Below, in pieces: positions 20,171 to 36,248 of a stretch of 64,000 nucleotides of DNA. How positions within the stretch are numbered: position 1 is the stretch's first letter; every line of letters begins with the position of its first letter. This DNA is from an uncultured Verrucomicrobiae bacterium. GTDB lineage: Bacteria > Verrucomicrobiota > Verrucomicrobiia > Chthoniobacterales > UBA10450. Position numbers and translations under genes: made by a program. Below the pieces are notes generated by a model. The model made no database searches. It saw only the letters and a program-made list of their open reading frames with translations, and was not told the DNA's origin. The stretch covers positions 288,001-352,000 of the forward strand of contig CAVSDR010000006.1 in assembly GCA_963726745.1 (NCBI GenBank), read 5' to 3'.

Positions 20171-21076
20171 ATGAAAGTCATCACCCGCATCGCCCCGGAC
20201 GTCGGCTGGATGCCGATCAGTTTCGTGAACGTCTACTTCATCGGCCGGCCCGGCGGGAACTGGGTCTTGATCGATGCCGGCCTGCCGGGACGCGCACCGG
20301 AAATCCTCGCCGCAGCCGAAGGTCGCTTCGGCGCGGGTGCGCGGCCGCAGGCAATCATTTTGACGCACGGGCATTTCGATCATGCGGGCTCGGCCCGATC
20401 GCTGGCGGACATCTGGGATGTGCCGATCTATGCGCACGAACGGGAATTGCCCTACCTCGACGGGCGTTCGGCCTATCCCCCGCCCGACCCGACAATTGGC
20501 GGAGCAATTGCTTTCCTTTCGCGCTTCATGCCCTCGCGGCCGGCACCGCTCGGGCCGAGATTACGCGCGCTGGTTCCCGGCGAGCTGCCCGGATTAAGCG
20601 ATTGGGAATGGATCGCTACTCCAGGACATTCGCCCGGACACATCTCGCTCTATCGCGCCGCCGATGGAGTGCTGCTGGCGGGCGACGCGCTCGCGACGAT
20701 GGACATGGATTCGTGGATAGGCCTGGTGAGCGGGCGCAAGACGCTGGCGCGCGCGGGCGCGCCGTTTAATTGCAACTGGGACGCGACCCGTGCCTCGGTC
20801 GCACAGCTGGCGCAACTGCGGCCGAACGTCATCGGCGCGGGCCACGGAATGCCGCGTTCCGATAGTGATCTCGCTGGCAAACTCGAAGCCTTCGCCCGGC
20901 GTTTCCGCCGCCCGCGGCACGGGCGTTACGTGCGCCACGCGGCGCAGACGGACTCGAACGGCGTGGTCGCGCTGCCGCGCGCGCCGTTCGACCCGGTGCC
21001 GTTCGCGACCGCGGCGTCGCTGATCGTGGCCGGCGCCGCGCTCGGCGCCGGCCTGCTCGATCGGGAGCGTCGTTAG
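20171..21076 (+). CDS. Metallo-beta-lactamase-fold hydrolase
   Basis: LTHGHFDH, TPGHSPGH, AGDA and AGHG motifs; C-terminal hydrophobic segment. Confidence 0.9.
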   Translation: MKVITRIAPDVGWMPISFVNVYFIGRPGGNWVLIDAGLPGRAPEILAAAEGRFGAGARPQAIILTHGHFDHAGSARSLADIWDVPIYAHERELPYLDGRSAYPPPDPTIGGAIAFLSRFMPSRPAPLGPRLRALVPGELPGLSDWEWIATPGHSPGHISLYRAADGVLLAGDALATMDMDSWIGLVSGRKTLARAGAPFNCNWDATRASVAQLAQLRPNVIGAGHGMPRSDSDLAGKLEAFARRFRRPRHGRYVRHAAQTDSNGVVALPRAPFDPVPFATAASLIVAGAALGAGLLDRERR

Positions 21077-21094
21077 GCCGCCAGCCTTAACTCG

Positions 21095-26711
<5,617 letters not shown>

Positions 26712-26878
26712 TTGTACCGGAAATCGGAGTCGTTTTGGGAATTGAAATTCAAGCTCCCGGGCGCCGGAAAACCAAGCACAAAACCTCGCGCGAAAATAAC
26801 CAGCGCTTTCTCCCGCCGATGACGCGACGGCCCTGCCACCGCCCAGGAGCGATCGTCCGCGAAAGGCGCGCCCGGACT

Positions 26879-27640
26879 TTACCGGCGAGATCGCGCCGGC
26901 GAGGGCGAGGGCGAGGCGGTCGGCTTCGCGGGCGGCGGCGGTCCGAGCGTGACCAGGGTCCCGCGGCCGTGGATCACGAGATTGGTCGGGAAGAGCTGCG
27001 GGTTCTGTTTTTGCTCCGCCGCCGCGGAGAGGATCGCGGCCTCGTTAGGCAATGGGGCAAACTGGCTGCTGGTGAGGACGGAGGTGCGGTAGAGCTGGCC
27101 AATGTTGAAATCGACTGGTTCGGGGAGTTGCTTCGCGGTCGGTTTCGCGATCAGGAGATGGCCGGCTTCGAGCAGGATCGATTCGCCGACTTTCGCCGGG
27201 AGGAAAACGCGCGCGGTTCCCTCGAGAAGCATGATCTTGACGTAGGTGGGCCCGAAGCGCTCGACCATGCCGGTGGCGCCGCTGGTTTCGACCCGAAAGG
27301 TGCCGGTGGCGATCTCTGGGCCGCGGCCGCGCGGCGCCTGGAAAAGCACCGCGCCTTCCTGTAGCTCGAGCGTTTCCCCCTCGACCCGCAGAGTGCTTTT
27401 CGAACCGAGGCGCACAAGGCTGCGCTGACCAAGACTCAGCTCAGCGCGCGACTGCGCGGCCGTCCGCAAAACCGCGCCGGCACCGAGGTCTTGACCGGAT
27501 TGCGCGGCCCGTCCATCGACGGAGACGTCTCGGAGCACGCGGGTGATTTTCCCCTGCGCGGAGGCGGATCCGCCGTGGGTGAAAATGCCGGCTATAATCA
27601 GCAGGCGCAGGCACCCGCAGGCCGCACTCCGGAGGCTCAC
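26879..27640 (-). CDS. Secreted FecR-domain protein, paralogous to the N-terminus of the giant protein
   Basis: [22 protein letters not shown]...VRLGSKS and [11 protein letters not shown] align with the downstream gene's N-terminus. Confidence 0.8.
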   Translation of the reverse strand: MSLRSAACGCLRLLIIAGIFTHGGSASAQGKITRVLRDVSVDGRAAQSGQDLGAGAVLRTAAQSRAELSLGQRSLVRLGSKSTLRVEGETLELQEGAVLFQAPRGRGPEIATGTFRVETSGATGMVERFGPTYVKIMLLEGTARVFLPAKVGESILLEAGHLLIAKPTAKQLPEPVDFNIGQLYRTSVLTSSQFAPLPNEAAILSAAAEQKQNPQLFPTNLVIHGRGTLVTLGPPPPAKPTASPSPSPARSRR

Positions 27641-27643
27641 GCG

Positions 27644-28609
27644 CTAGAAGCGGACGTTGGCCGCGAGGGCACCGCCGCCATTGCCGACATCGTAATCGAA
27701 GACGTCGCGGTCGGAATCGTTGTGCGCAAAACTGGTGATCGCGCTCACGCTCAGGTAGCTGTTGATCCGATAGGTCGCGCTGAGGGCGAAGATCTCGCTC
27801 ACGTCGAGCCGGTCGACCTCAGTGTAATCGCGCACGGCCACGCGCACGACGGCGTTCATCGAGAAATTGCGCGCGAGATTGACCGCGTAGCCGACGAAGG
27901 CGCTGTAGTCATTGCGCCCGGGTGGCGCCGGGTGCGAGGCAAGGTCGACCGCGACCTCGCTGCCGACGGTCAACTGCTGGGCCCGGCCGATGCGGAAGGG
28001 CATTTCCGCGGCAAAGTCGAGCGTATGGCTGCGGAAGAATTCGTCGAAGCTGTCGTTGGTGAGGCGATTGAAAGCGTAGTCTGCGCGCAGCACCAGGCCG
28101 TGGAATTGCGCGAGGGTGTAGGCCAGCCCAGCGCGGGCCTCGAAGCTCCCGAAGTTGAAACCATCGAAGCGATCGTAATAAAACATTTGCTGCCCGACGC
28201 TGAAGGTGGCGTTGAGCGGACCGGAGATGCGGGGCGCGTAGATCAGCAGGGCGCTCGGGGTGAAGAGGACGTCGCCTTTTTCGTCGGTGCTCGAGAGGGC
28301 GACATTCGAGGTGAAGGAAAACGGCGCGGAAGCGATAAAAGTGAAAGGCTGCGGCTTTTCCGCGCGTTTCAGGATGGCCTGCTCGCCGAGGTCGGGATCG
28401 TTCGGGCTGGCGGGCGCGACGCCTTCATCAGAGCCGGGCTCGCCGGGCGCGGCCTCGCGCAGGCCAGGCGCGGAATTTCGCAGGAGCTGGGCGCGATCGA
28501 CACTGCCGCTGATGGGAGCTTGCGCGAGCGCGACGCTGCTGCTGCAGAGCACCAGGCACAGCGCGAGAAAGCGCGGCGTGCGCGCGAGTTTCACGTTCAT
28601 TTTAGACAT
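27644..28609 (-). CDS. Outer membrane beta-barrel protein
   Basis: Signal peptide; alternating amphipathic strands; C-terminal Phe (ALAANVRF). Confidence 0.75.
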   Translation of the reverse strand: MSKMNVKLARTPRFLALCLVLCSSSVALAQAPISGSVDRAQLLRNSAPGLREAAPGEPGSDEGVAPASPNDPDLGEQAILKRAEKPQPFTFIASAPFSFTSNVALSSTDEKGDVLFTPSALLIYAPRISGPLNATFSVGQQMFYYDRFDGFNFGSFEARAGLAYTLAQFHGLVLRADYAFNRLTNDSFDEFFRSHTLDFAAEMPFRIGRAQQLTVGSEVAVDLASHPAPPGRNDYSAFVGYAVNLARNFSMNAVVRVAVRDYTEVDRLDVSEIFALSATYRINSYLSVSAITSFAHNDSDRDVFDYDVGNGGGALAANVRF

Positions 28610-28691
28610 TCGGCCCGGCAGTTTTGCTGTCATCCTCGCGAAGGGTCAAGCAGTTAAAAGGCCACGCACAAAAGTGAGCGTAAAAATTAGC

Positions 28692-29741
28692 CTACACTTC
28701 GAGCAGGTCGCGCTGCCATGGAACAAGCAAGGCCTCGCTCCGGCTTTGATCGGCGGCGATCGATTCCACCGTGGCCTTGGGCGCGATCAAGGAAGGATCG
28801 AGGCCGAGTTGCTCCGCTTTGCGGTCGCGGCGACGGCGCAATTCCTCCGCCAGGCGCTCCATCTCCTGCGTCGGGCGCTGGCCTGGACGACGGATGCGGC
28901 GCGGCAATTCCTCATCCGGCAATTGCAGCCCGCGCTCGGCGGCCTCGTAAAAACTCCGGCGTCGCCGCGGGGAAAGATGGCGGAACTCCGGCTGCTTCCC
29001 GGCTTCGAGATCTTTCGCGGCTTGCAGGAGGAGATGATTCTGCAGGATGTGGAAAGAGGGGCGATCGACCGCCTGGGCTTCCTGGTCCCGCCAGCGCCAA
29101 AGCTCGCGCAAGATCCCCGCCGCGCGCGGCGAGAGCGTGCCTGCGCCGCTGATTCGCCAGACTTCTTCCTCGTCGCGCACCCGCTCGATCCCGGTGAGCG
29201 CAAGGTTCCGCTGGCAGGATTGCTGGAACCAATCGTAGCGCCCCTTCTCCTTCAACTCGTCCTCCATCATCTCGGCTAACGAGATGAGGAAATGGGTGTC
29301 GTTCTTCGCGTAGTCCATCATCTGCTTCGAGAGCGGACGCTGGGCCCAGTTAGCTTTCTGTGAACCTTTCGTGAGGACGACGCCAAAGTATTTCTCGACC
29401 AGAGCCGCGAGGCTGAACGCGCGCAGTCCGAGCAAACGCGCCGCGACCACGGTGTCGAAGACGCGCGTGGCCTCGAAGTTCATCGCGCGCTTGAGCAGGC
29501 GCAGATCGAAGTCGGCGCCTTGCAGGATGATTTCCTTCGGCGTCAAAGCGTCGGCTAAAGGCGTCAGGCTCATCGGCGCGAGCGGATCGATCAGCAGGTC
29601 CTGCTGGTCGAAGCTCAACTGCACCAGGCAAAGCTTCTCGAAGTAGCAATGGAGGCTGTCCGCCTCAGTATCGACCGCGATGCGGTCGTGCTTTTCGAGC
29701 GCGGGGAGGATGGCGGCGAGGTCGGCGTCGGTGCTGATCAT
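28692..29741 (-). CDS. rnd: Ribonuclease D (3'-5' exonuclease plus HRDC)
   Basis: AVDTEADSLHCY, FDT, NWAQRPL, YAKND and WRWRDQEA; ATG 29741 overlaps the rho stop. Confidence 0.9.
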   Translation of the reverse strand: MISTDADLAAILPALEKHDRIAVDTEADSLHCYFEKLCLVQLSFDQQDLLIDPLAPMSLTPLADALTPKEIILQGADFDLRLLKRAMNFEATRVFDTVVAARLLGLRAFSLAALVEKYFGVVLTKGSQKANWAQRPLSKQMMDYAKNDTHFLISLAEMMEDELKEKGRYDWFQQSCQRNLALTGIERVRDEEEVWRISGAGTLSPRAAGILRELWRWRDQEAQAVDRPSFHILQNHLLLQAAKDLEAGKQPEFRHLSPRRRRSFYEAAERGLQLPDEELPRRIRRPGQRPTQEMERLAEELRRRRDRKAEQLGLDPSLIAPKATVESIAADQSRSEALLVPWQRDLLEV

Positions 29742-31075
29742 CGGAGGCCGCTCAAAAGAAGTTCGGCGTTGGTTTTCGTCGCCTGGAGGTTGCCGATTAA
29801 TTGTTCCATTGCTTCCAGCGGAGGCAGGGCGGCCATCGACTTGCGCAGGAGCTGGACGCGCTCCCACTCGTCGGGGTGATAAAGCAATTCCTCGCGTCGC
29901 GTGGCCGATTGCTGCACGTGAATCGCCGGGTAAAGCCGCTTCTCGACCAGGCCGCGATCGAGGTGCAGCTCCATGTTTCCGGTGCCTTTGAACTCCTCGA
30001 AGATCACCTGGTCCATCTTGCTGCCAGTGTCGATCAAAGCGGTGGCTAAAATCGTGAGGCTGCCGCCTTCCTCGACGTTGCGCGCGGCGCCGAAGAAGCG
30101 CTTCGGCTTGAGCAACGCTTTCGCTTCCACGCCGCCGGACATCGTGCGGCCCTTGCCGGGTTGCAAGGAATTATAGCCGCGCGCCAGCCGGGTGATGCTG
30201 TCAAGCAGCACGACCACGTCCTTCTTCTGCTCGACCAGCCGCTTCGCGCGCTCCATGACCAACTCGGCCACCTGCACGTGGCGCTGCGGGCTTTCATCGA
30301 AAGTGGAATCGAAAATCTGGCAGTCGAGCTCGCGCTGGAGATCGGTCACTTCTTCGGGACGCTCATCCACGAGCAAGATGATGAGGACGATCTCGGGATG
30401 ATTTACGCGAATCGCTTTCGCGATTTCCTTCAGGAGAATCGTCTTGCCGACCCGCGGCGGGGCGACAATCAGCCCGCGCTGACCGCGACCCAGCGGCGTG
30501 AGCAAGTCGACCGCGCGGGCGCTGATCGAGTTGGTGGTCGTGTTCTCCAGCAGAATGCGGCCGTCGGGAAAGAGCGGGGTGAGACTATCGAAAGGCGTGG
30601 GCTCCTGCCACTCCTGCGGCGGGACCCCCTCGATCGCGGTGAGCTGATCGAGCATGAGCATTTTCTCACGGTCGCGCGGGAGCCGCACGGTGCCGGCGAG
30701 TTGTTGGCCGGGGCGGAATTTCCACTGCTGCACGAGTGAGCGCGGCACGCCGACATCGGCGGGAACAGGCAGGAAATTAAGCGACGGGAAGCGCAGAAGC
30801 GCGAATGAGTCAGCCACTTGTTCGAAGAACCCCTCGACCAAGACCGGCACCCGCCGGCTAAGCGCGCCGCGGACAAGATCGAGCACCTGATGCTGACGCG
30901 AACGGCCGGGGTGCATCCGCAGATCGAGGCGCTGGCAAAGATCCGCCAGTTCTTGCGGCGAAACATGCAGGAGATCGTTCAAGCGCAGCGGCTCCGGACG
31001 CTCGGCTTCCTCGGAGCGCGGCGGGATCTCGTGGGCGCTTTCCACTGCGGGTGGTTCCAAAACGGTCTCGTCCAT
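29738..31075 (-). CDS. rho: Transcription termination factor Rho (divergent RNA-binding domain)
   Basis: [38 protein letters not shown] and [13 protein letters not shown]. Confidence 0.93.
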   Translation of the reverse strand: MDETVLEPPAVESAHEIPPRSEEAERPEPLRLNDLLHVSPQELADLCQRLDLRMHPGRSRQHQVLDLVRGALSRRVPVLVEGFFEQVADSFALLRFPSLNFLPVPADVGVPRSLVQQWKFRPGQQLAGTVRLPRDREKMLMLDQLTAIEGVPPQEWQEPTPFDSLTPLFPDGRILLENTTTNSISARAVDLLTPLGRGQRGLIVAPPRVGKTILLKEIAKAIRVNHPEIVLIILLVDERPEEVTDLQRELDCQIFDSTFDESPQRHVQVAELVMERAKRLVEQKKDVVVLLDSITRLARGYNSLQPGKGRTMSGGVEAKALLKPKRFFGAARNVEEGGSLTILATALIDTGSKMDQVIFEEFKGTGNMELHLDRGLVEKRLYPAIHVQQSATRREELLYHPDEWERVQLLRKSMAALPPLEAMEQLIGNLQATKTNAELLLSGLR

Positions 31076-31077
31076 GA

Positions 31078-31674
31078 TTATTCGCCCCACTGCGCCGCCA
31101 GCCTTCCGGCCTGGGCCGCGAGTAAGGGCCGGGGGCCATTATTCCAGACGACCTCGGTGGCCCGGCGAATCTTCTCCGGCAGCGGCATTTGGGCGGCGAT
31201 CATTTGGGAAGCAGCAGATTGGGAAAGCGAGGAGCGCGTCATCAGGCGGCGCAATTGCACGGCAGCCGAGCAGGCGACCACGACCACGCGGTCGCAGTGC
31301 GTTTCGCCACCGGTTTCGTAAAGGAGAGGAATGTCTGCAAAGAAAAGCTCCGTGGAGTTGCGCCGGCCGTCGGCTGCGCGGGTCCATTGACGCCGGATGC
31401 GCGGATGCAGAATCTGCTCAAGCGCGAGTTTCTTTTCCGGGTCGGCGAATATCATCGTGCGAAGGCGGGCGCGATTCAAGTCCCCCGCTGCGGAATAAAT
31501 CTCGGCGCCAAAAGCCGTCCGGATGAGCGCCTGCACCTCCGGGTCGCGATCAGTCAGCGCGCGCGCGGCCTGGTCGGCATCGAAGAAAATCGCGCCCGGC
31601 AACTCCGCGCGCAGGCATTCGCCGAAGGCGCTTTTTCCCGTGGCCACTCCGCCAGTTATTCCGATAACGGGCAT
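31078..31674 (-). CDS. coaE: Dephospho-CoA kinase
   Basis: IGITGGVATGKS, DAD, LEQILHP and DIPLLYE. Confidence 0.93.
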   Translation of the reverse strand: MPVIGITGGVATGKSAFGECLRAELPGAIFFDADQAARALTDRDPEVQALIRTAFGAEIYSAAGDLNRARLRTMIFADPEKKLALEQILHPRIRRQWTRAADGRRNSTELFFADIPLLYETGGETHCDRVVVVACSAAVQLRRLMTRSSLSQSAASQMIAAQMPLPEKIRRATEVVWNNGPRPLLAAQAGRLAAQWGE

Positions 31675-31700
31675 CCCTGCTCCGCGCCAGAAAGCGCTGC

Positions 31701-34374
31701 CTATTTCTTATACATCGGCACCTGCGGCAAAGCCGGCGGCACCACGATGTCTTCGGCTTCTTCCATCTCCTCGGTCTGGTTGACCAATTGCCCGCCCGGA
31801 TTGATCAGGCGCGCGGTCACGAAGATGACGAGGTTGCGCTTCAGGTGTTGCTCGGAGTTGGTCCGGAAAAGGCGGCCGACGATCGGGATGTCGCCGATGA
31901 TCGGCGTGCGGTCCTCGGTCTTCTGCACGTCCTCGCGCATCAAGCCGCCGAGCACGACCGTCTGGCCATCCCACACGCTGACGCTGGTGGTCACCTTGCG
32001 CGTGCTGAAGACCGGCTGGTTGATGATGTTTGGCGTCAAGATGTTCGTCTGGGTGACGCCGAGAATGTTCGTCGAAGTGGTCTGGATCGGGCTGCCGTAG
32101 TTGATGAAGCCTTCGAATTCCACCACCTGCGGGACGAGGTTCAGGTCAATCGTGACGCCATCCGGGCCGACGACCGGTTCGACCTCAAGAGTCACCCCGG
32201 TGTTGCGCGTCTCGAAAGCGGTCGGCGTCGTCGGCGTTACCGGGAAGGAACCGGAACTGCCGCTGCCGCTGCTCACCAAGCCGGTGAGCGGATTGATCGT
32301 GCTGCTGAAGCTGTCGCCGCCCCGAAAGTTCTGCGGAATTTGCGGCGGCTCGAACTGCGTCGGGTAACGGAACTCGCGCACGATCTCGATCACCGCGCGC
32401 TGGCCGCTCTTGGTCGTGACGCGCGGCGCGGAAAGGAGGTCGACGCCTTTCTTCTGGTTGAGCGCGCGGATGACAAGCTGGAATTGCGGATCGGTGAAGA
32501 CGCCGCTTAAACCGAAGATGCCCGGCGCGAGCGAACTGGCGCCGGGAATGCCGAAGAGCAGGGAGTCGATCGCATTCGCGCTAATCGCGAGACTTCCGCT
32601 GCGGTTGCCGGCGGTGACCGGAAATTGCCCCACGGGCGCGCCGCCTGGAGCGACGAAAGGAAAGTCCGCCGCGGTCGTCGCCGGCGCGGTGCCGGACGTG
32701 CCGCCGCCGCCAAAGAGACGGTTGCTGCCGATGTTGAACTGCCCAAGGAGCCAGTCGAAGCCGAGTTCCTTGAGATTATTCTGCGTGATCTCAACGAATT
32801 TCGCCTCGATCTCCACCTGCTTCGGCCCGGCTACGCTGGCCTGTTCCACGATGCGCGTCGACTAATTCCAAATTATCCGGCGTATTGCGGACCACGAGAC
32901 GGCTGCTTTGTGGGAGAAAATTCGCACTCGAGCCGGGGATAGAACCGAAAGGCACGCCCTGGCTTTCGAGATATTCCCGCGCGCCTTCGCGGCGCACCAA
33001 CTGGCTGCCCCCAGTGGACTCCACCGTGCCGACAGCGGTGCCGCTGCGCGCGCCACCCGTCGCTGGCGCATTGAGCGAAGAACTGCCGGAAGTGAGCGTG
33101 CTTTGGATGAAACCGGGCGGCACACGGTATTCTTTGGTCACGAGTTCCTGGCTCTGCTCGCTCAACGGAATAATCGAGACCGCATACGGCTCCACCTTGA
33201 CCTTCAAACCAGCCTGACTGGCGATGTAACGGAGCGCTTCGCCCAGCGGGATTTGGTTGAGCGTAATGGTGATCCGCGCGTCCTGCGGGTTGATTGCGGG
33301 CGCGGCGGGCGCGCTGAAGGCCGGCGCCGGGGCGGGGGCGCTGCCTTCTGCGGGCAACGGCGCCAGCGGATCGACCGGCGTGCCCGCGGGCAGCGGGGCC
33401 GCCTCGAGGGCCGCGGGCCGGCTGCTGCTGCCGCCGCCGAGCGCGGCCATGCGCAGGACAATATCGACGCCTTTGCGGCCATCCGGCGTGGGATCATTCG
33501 CCGCGGCCTGCTGGCGGAGGAAATCGATCGCTTCGCGAATGCTCGCGTCGCGGAACTCGATCTTTGGAATGATGATCGAGTTGAGCTTGTTCGAGATGCG
33601 GGCCGTGCCGGTGGCTTCACGCGCGGAACTTTCGGCGCCGGGCTGCGCGGTCGTACCGTATTGGCGGACGGGACGCTCCCAGCCTTTCTGCACTTCCCAA
33701 ACGGCGCGGGAACGAGCCTCGTTGTAGGCTTCCTCGCCGTATTGATACTTCTGATTGTTGATCTTCTCCTGCCCGCGGCGCGCGGCGGTGTTGTAAGGAT
33801 CGAGATTGAGGATCTGCTCGTATTTCTTGAAGGCGAGATCGTAACGGCCGCTGTTGTAGTAACCGTCGGCGTCGATCAGGAGCTTGCGCACTTCCTCGAC
33901 CTTGGCGATGAACTTCGGGCCCATCGTTTTGTTGATCTGTCCCGGCTCCTGCAGACGCGTGAGCAGAAGCGCGGCCGGGCGATAATTGGGATCGTATTGG
34001 CTGCTCAAAATGTCGCGGCAGATCGCCTCGGCCTCGTTGAACTTCCCTTCCTGCACGCGGATCTCGGCAATTTTGACGCCGCTTTCACAAAAGCCGCGGA
34101 CCGCTTCCTGGCGCGCTTTCCCGCTCACCGACGCGTCCGGGAGGAACTGCACCGCCATGCGAAATTCTTCATGCGCGCGGGCAAAATCGCCCTGCTGCAT
34201 CGCCAACTGCGCGCGCACCAACGCTTCGTTTCCGTGCGGCAGGCCGGCTTCGCGCCGGGCGATCTCGCGCTCAGCCGCGCTCTGCGCATCCTGCGCGCGT
34301 GCTTCCTGCAGCAGCCCGGCGACCAGGGCCAGGGCGAGGACGGGCAGAATACGGGAAGGAGGGAATTTAATCAT
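31701..34374 (-). CDS. Secretin (PilQ/GspD-like; Amuc_1098 family), apparent frameshift near 32855
   Basis: Signal and TPR N-terminus; QVEIEAKFVEI, LLSAPRVTT, GQTVVLGGL and IPIVGRLF; split into ORFs 32791-34374 and 31701-32849. Confidence 0.88.
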
Positions 34375-34389
34375 CGCGAAGGCGTTTCG

Positions 34390-35373
34390 TTAGGGAGCGA
34401 GCGGTCCGATTTCGATCCGCTCATTCGGATTTTGCTGGTTGACGATGAACGCCTTACCGGGCTGCACGTCGACCAGCTTGTACTTGATCTGCAACTCCGG
34501 CGGCAACGAAAATTCCTGATCTTTTTTGACGGCAATCTCTCGTTTCTCGCCCCAAGAGTAGACAAAAGTCGCGATCGATTCCGGCGAGGTCGCCGGCTTC
34601 TCTTTCACCAGGGTGATTTTCTGCCCGCTGTCGGTGTTCTCGAGGGTCAACTCCGAGACGTCGACTTCGGTGCCGTATTTATCCGGCAGCGTCTTCTCCT
34701 CGAACGTTGCCACCTTCAGGCGCGTGCCCTTGATCACCTCGCCCGGCTTGACGAACTGCGTCGGCTGGTTGCGATCGATGTTCGCCCGCCCATCAGCGCC
34801 CACGGGATTGCGGGTGTCGACGAAATTGACCGCATAGGAGTCGCCCGCCCAGGACGAGAAGACCAGCGGGAAGGGCTCGGTTGCGACCGTCTTCAGTTTC
34901 AGCTTCGAGGTGAAGGCCGGATGCGAGTTCTTCTCCGTGGGATTGGTTTTCCCCTGCCACTCCTCGAGGTTGCTGAAGCCATCGCCGTCCGCGTCCTGCG
35001 CGAGCACATCGGCGTCGGCAATCGGGAGGCCGAACTGTTCCAGCCACTCGTTAGGCACCGGCGGATGAATCTCGGTGTTTTTCAAGGTCGCCGGCTGTCC
35101 ATCCGGGCCGATAAAATGTTTCTCCGGCACGAAGAGTCCGGAGCGACCGCTGAAGGTCCACTGCGGCGGATGAGCCAGCTTTTGCACCGCGGTTTCCAAC
35201 TCGATCGCCTGAGCCGCGGCCGGCGCCGCTTTCGAGGGGGCGGCGGATTGCAGGGCGGCGAAGTTTTCGCCGAAACTGGCGGCGCTGCGCCAGATGGAGA
35301 ACGCGCACAGGAGCAGGAAGAGCGCGCCCAGGGCGACCGCGAGACGATCGAAATGTTCCCGCACCCAGGTCAT
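34390..35373 (-). CDS. Pilus-system protein, Amuc_1099-like
   Basis: N-terminal TM; DADGDGFSNLEEW repeat-like motif; position directly upstream of the secretin. Confidence 0.7.
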   Translation of the reverse strand: MTWVREHFDRLAVALGALFLLLCAFSIWRSAASFGENFAALQSAAPSKAAPAAAQAIELETAVQKLAHPPQWTFSGRSGLFVPEKHFIGPDGQPATLKNTEIHPPVPNEWLEQFGLPIADADVLAQDADGDGFSNLEEWQGKTNPTEKNSHPAFTSKLKLKTVATEPFPLVFSSWAGDSYAVNFVDTRNPVGADGRANIDRNQPTQFVKPGEVIKGTRLKVATFEEKTLPDKYGTEVDVSELTLENTDSGQKITLVKEKPATSPESIATFVYSWGEKREIAVKKDQEFSLPPELQIKYKLVDVQPGKAFIVNQQNPNERIEIGPLAP

Positions 35374-36248
35374 GGCGTGGTCTCCCGGGCAAACGTCAAC
35401 ATCTCGATGCGGGCGGCGGTTTGCAGGCGCTCATTCCCGACGATGAAATTGAAGGCGCTATTGCTCGCTGGCGGCGGCGGGGCGGTGGCGGCCGCGGTGT
35501 CTTCTTTGGCCGGACCTTTGTCCTTCTCATTCAAGACGTGCAGCGTGCGCACAACGTAAAATTGCTCCTTCGCGCTCGCGATTTGATTAAGCACCCGGCG
35601 CGCAGCCGTGGGCGTGGCCACGTAGGAAGCTTCCACCACATTGCGCTCCACTTCGGGATGCGCCGGCGCGGTCGGTTTGCGGACGGCGGCTGGGCCTGCG
35701 GGCGTGGACGCCGGCTTCGGCGCGGGCACGCGGCGGAAGGATGTGAGCGCATCGATCCGCGCCTCGAGCAGGAGATTCACCAGCATCTCCGCCTGCGCGA
35801 GTTCCTGGCCGAGGATCGGCGCGGCCGCGGTGTCCGGCAAGGCGGCCGCGTACTCGTCGAAGCCGAGGAAGAAATTATCCGGCAACTTCACTTTGTTCGC
35901 CTTGGCCTTCTCGCTCACGCTCGCGAGTGCCTGGCGCAAGCGCGCCTGGAATTCATTCGGCTCCATCGGCACGACCGCGAGCGAGCGCGTCTTCAATTCT
36001 TCCCTCAGCTTTTTCACTTCCCCGGTCAGATCTTCGCCCTGCGTTTTCAACTTCCGGAGATTGGCTTCGTTCGGGAAAGGATGGAGCCGTTGCAGGCGAT
36101 TGAACTCGGCCGCGTTTTCGTCGAAGCGCGCCCGCGCTTCTTCGTAGCGGCTTTTCGCGCTCCAGAGAAAATAAAGCACCGCCAGCAGGACCACCGCGAA
36201 AACCGCCAGGAAGGTCCCGAGAAATCTGTTTTGCCGGAACCAGGTCAT
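35370..36248 (-). CDS. PilO-like pilus protein, Amuc_1100-like
   Basis: N-terminal TM and coiled coil; FQARLR, FFLGFDEY and FIVGNE; operon position. Confidence 0.75.
   Translation of the reverse strand: MTWFRQNRFLGTFLAVFAVVLLAVLYFLWSAKSRYEEARARFDENAAEFNRLQRLHPFPNEANLRKLKTQGEDLTGEVKKLREELKTRSLAVVPMEPNEFQARLRQALASVSEKAKANKVKLPDNFFLGFDEYAAALPDTAAAPILGQELAQAEMLVNLLLEARIDALTSFRRVPAPKPASTPAGPAAVRKPTAPAHPEVERNVVEASYVATPTAARRVLNQIASAKEQFYVVRTLHVLNEKDKGPAKEDTAAATAPPPPASNSAFNFIVGNERLQTAARIEMLTFARETTP

Noticed and set aside
32908..35559. Long + strand ORFs (883 aa here; also 8344-9978, 10006-11796, 37010-38650, 45988-47763, 57908-59485)
   Set aside because: Antisense shadows of real genes, expected in GC-rich DNA; no recognisable motifs.
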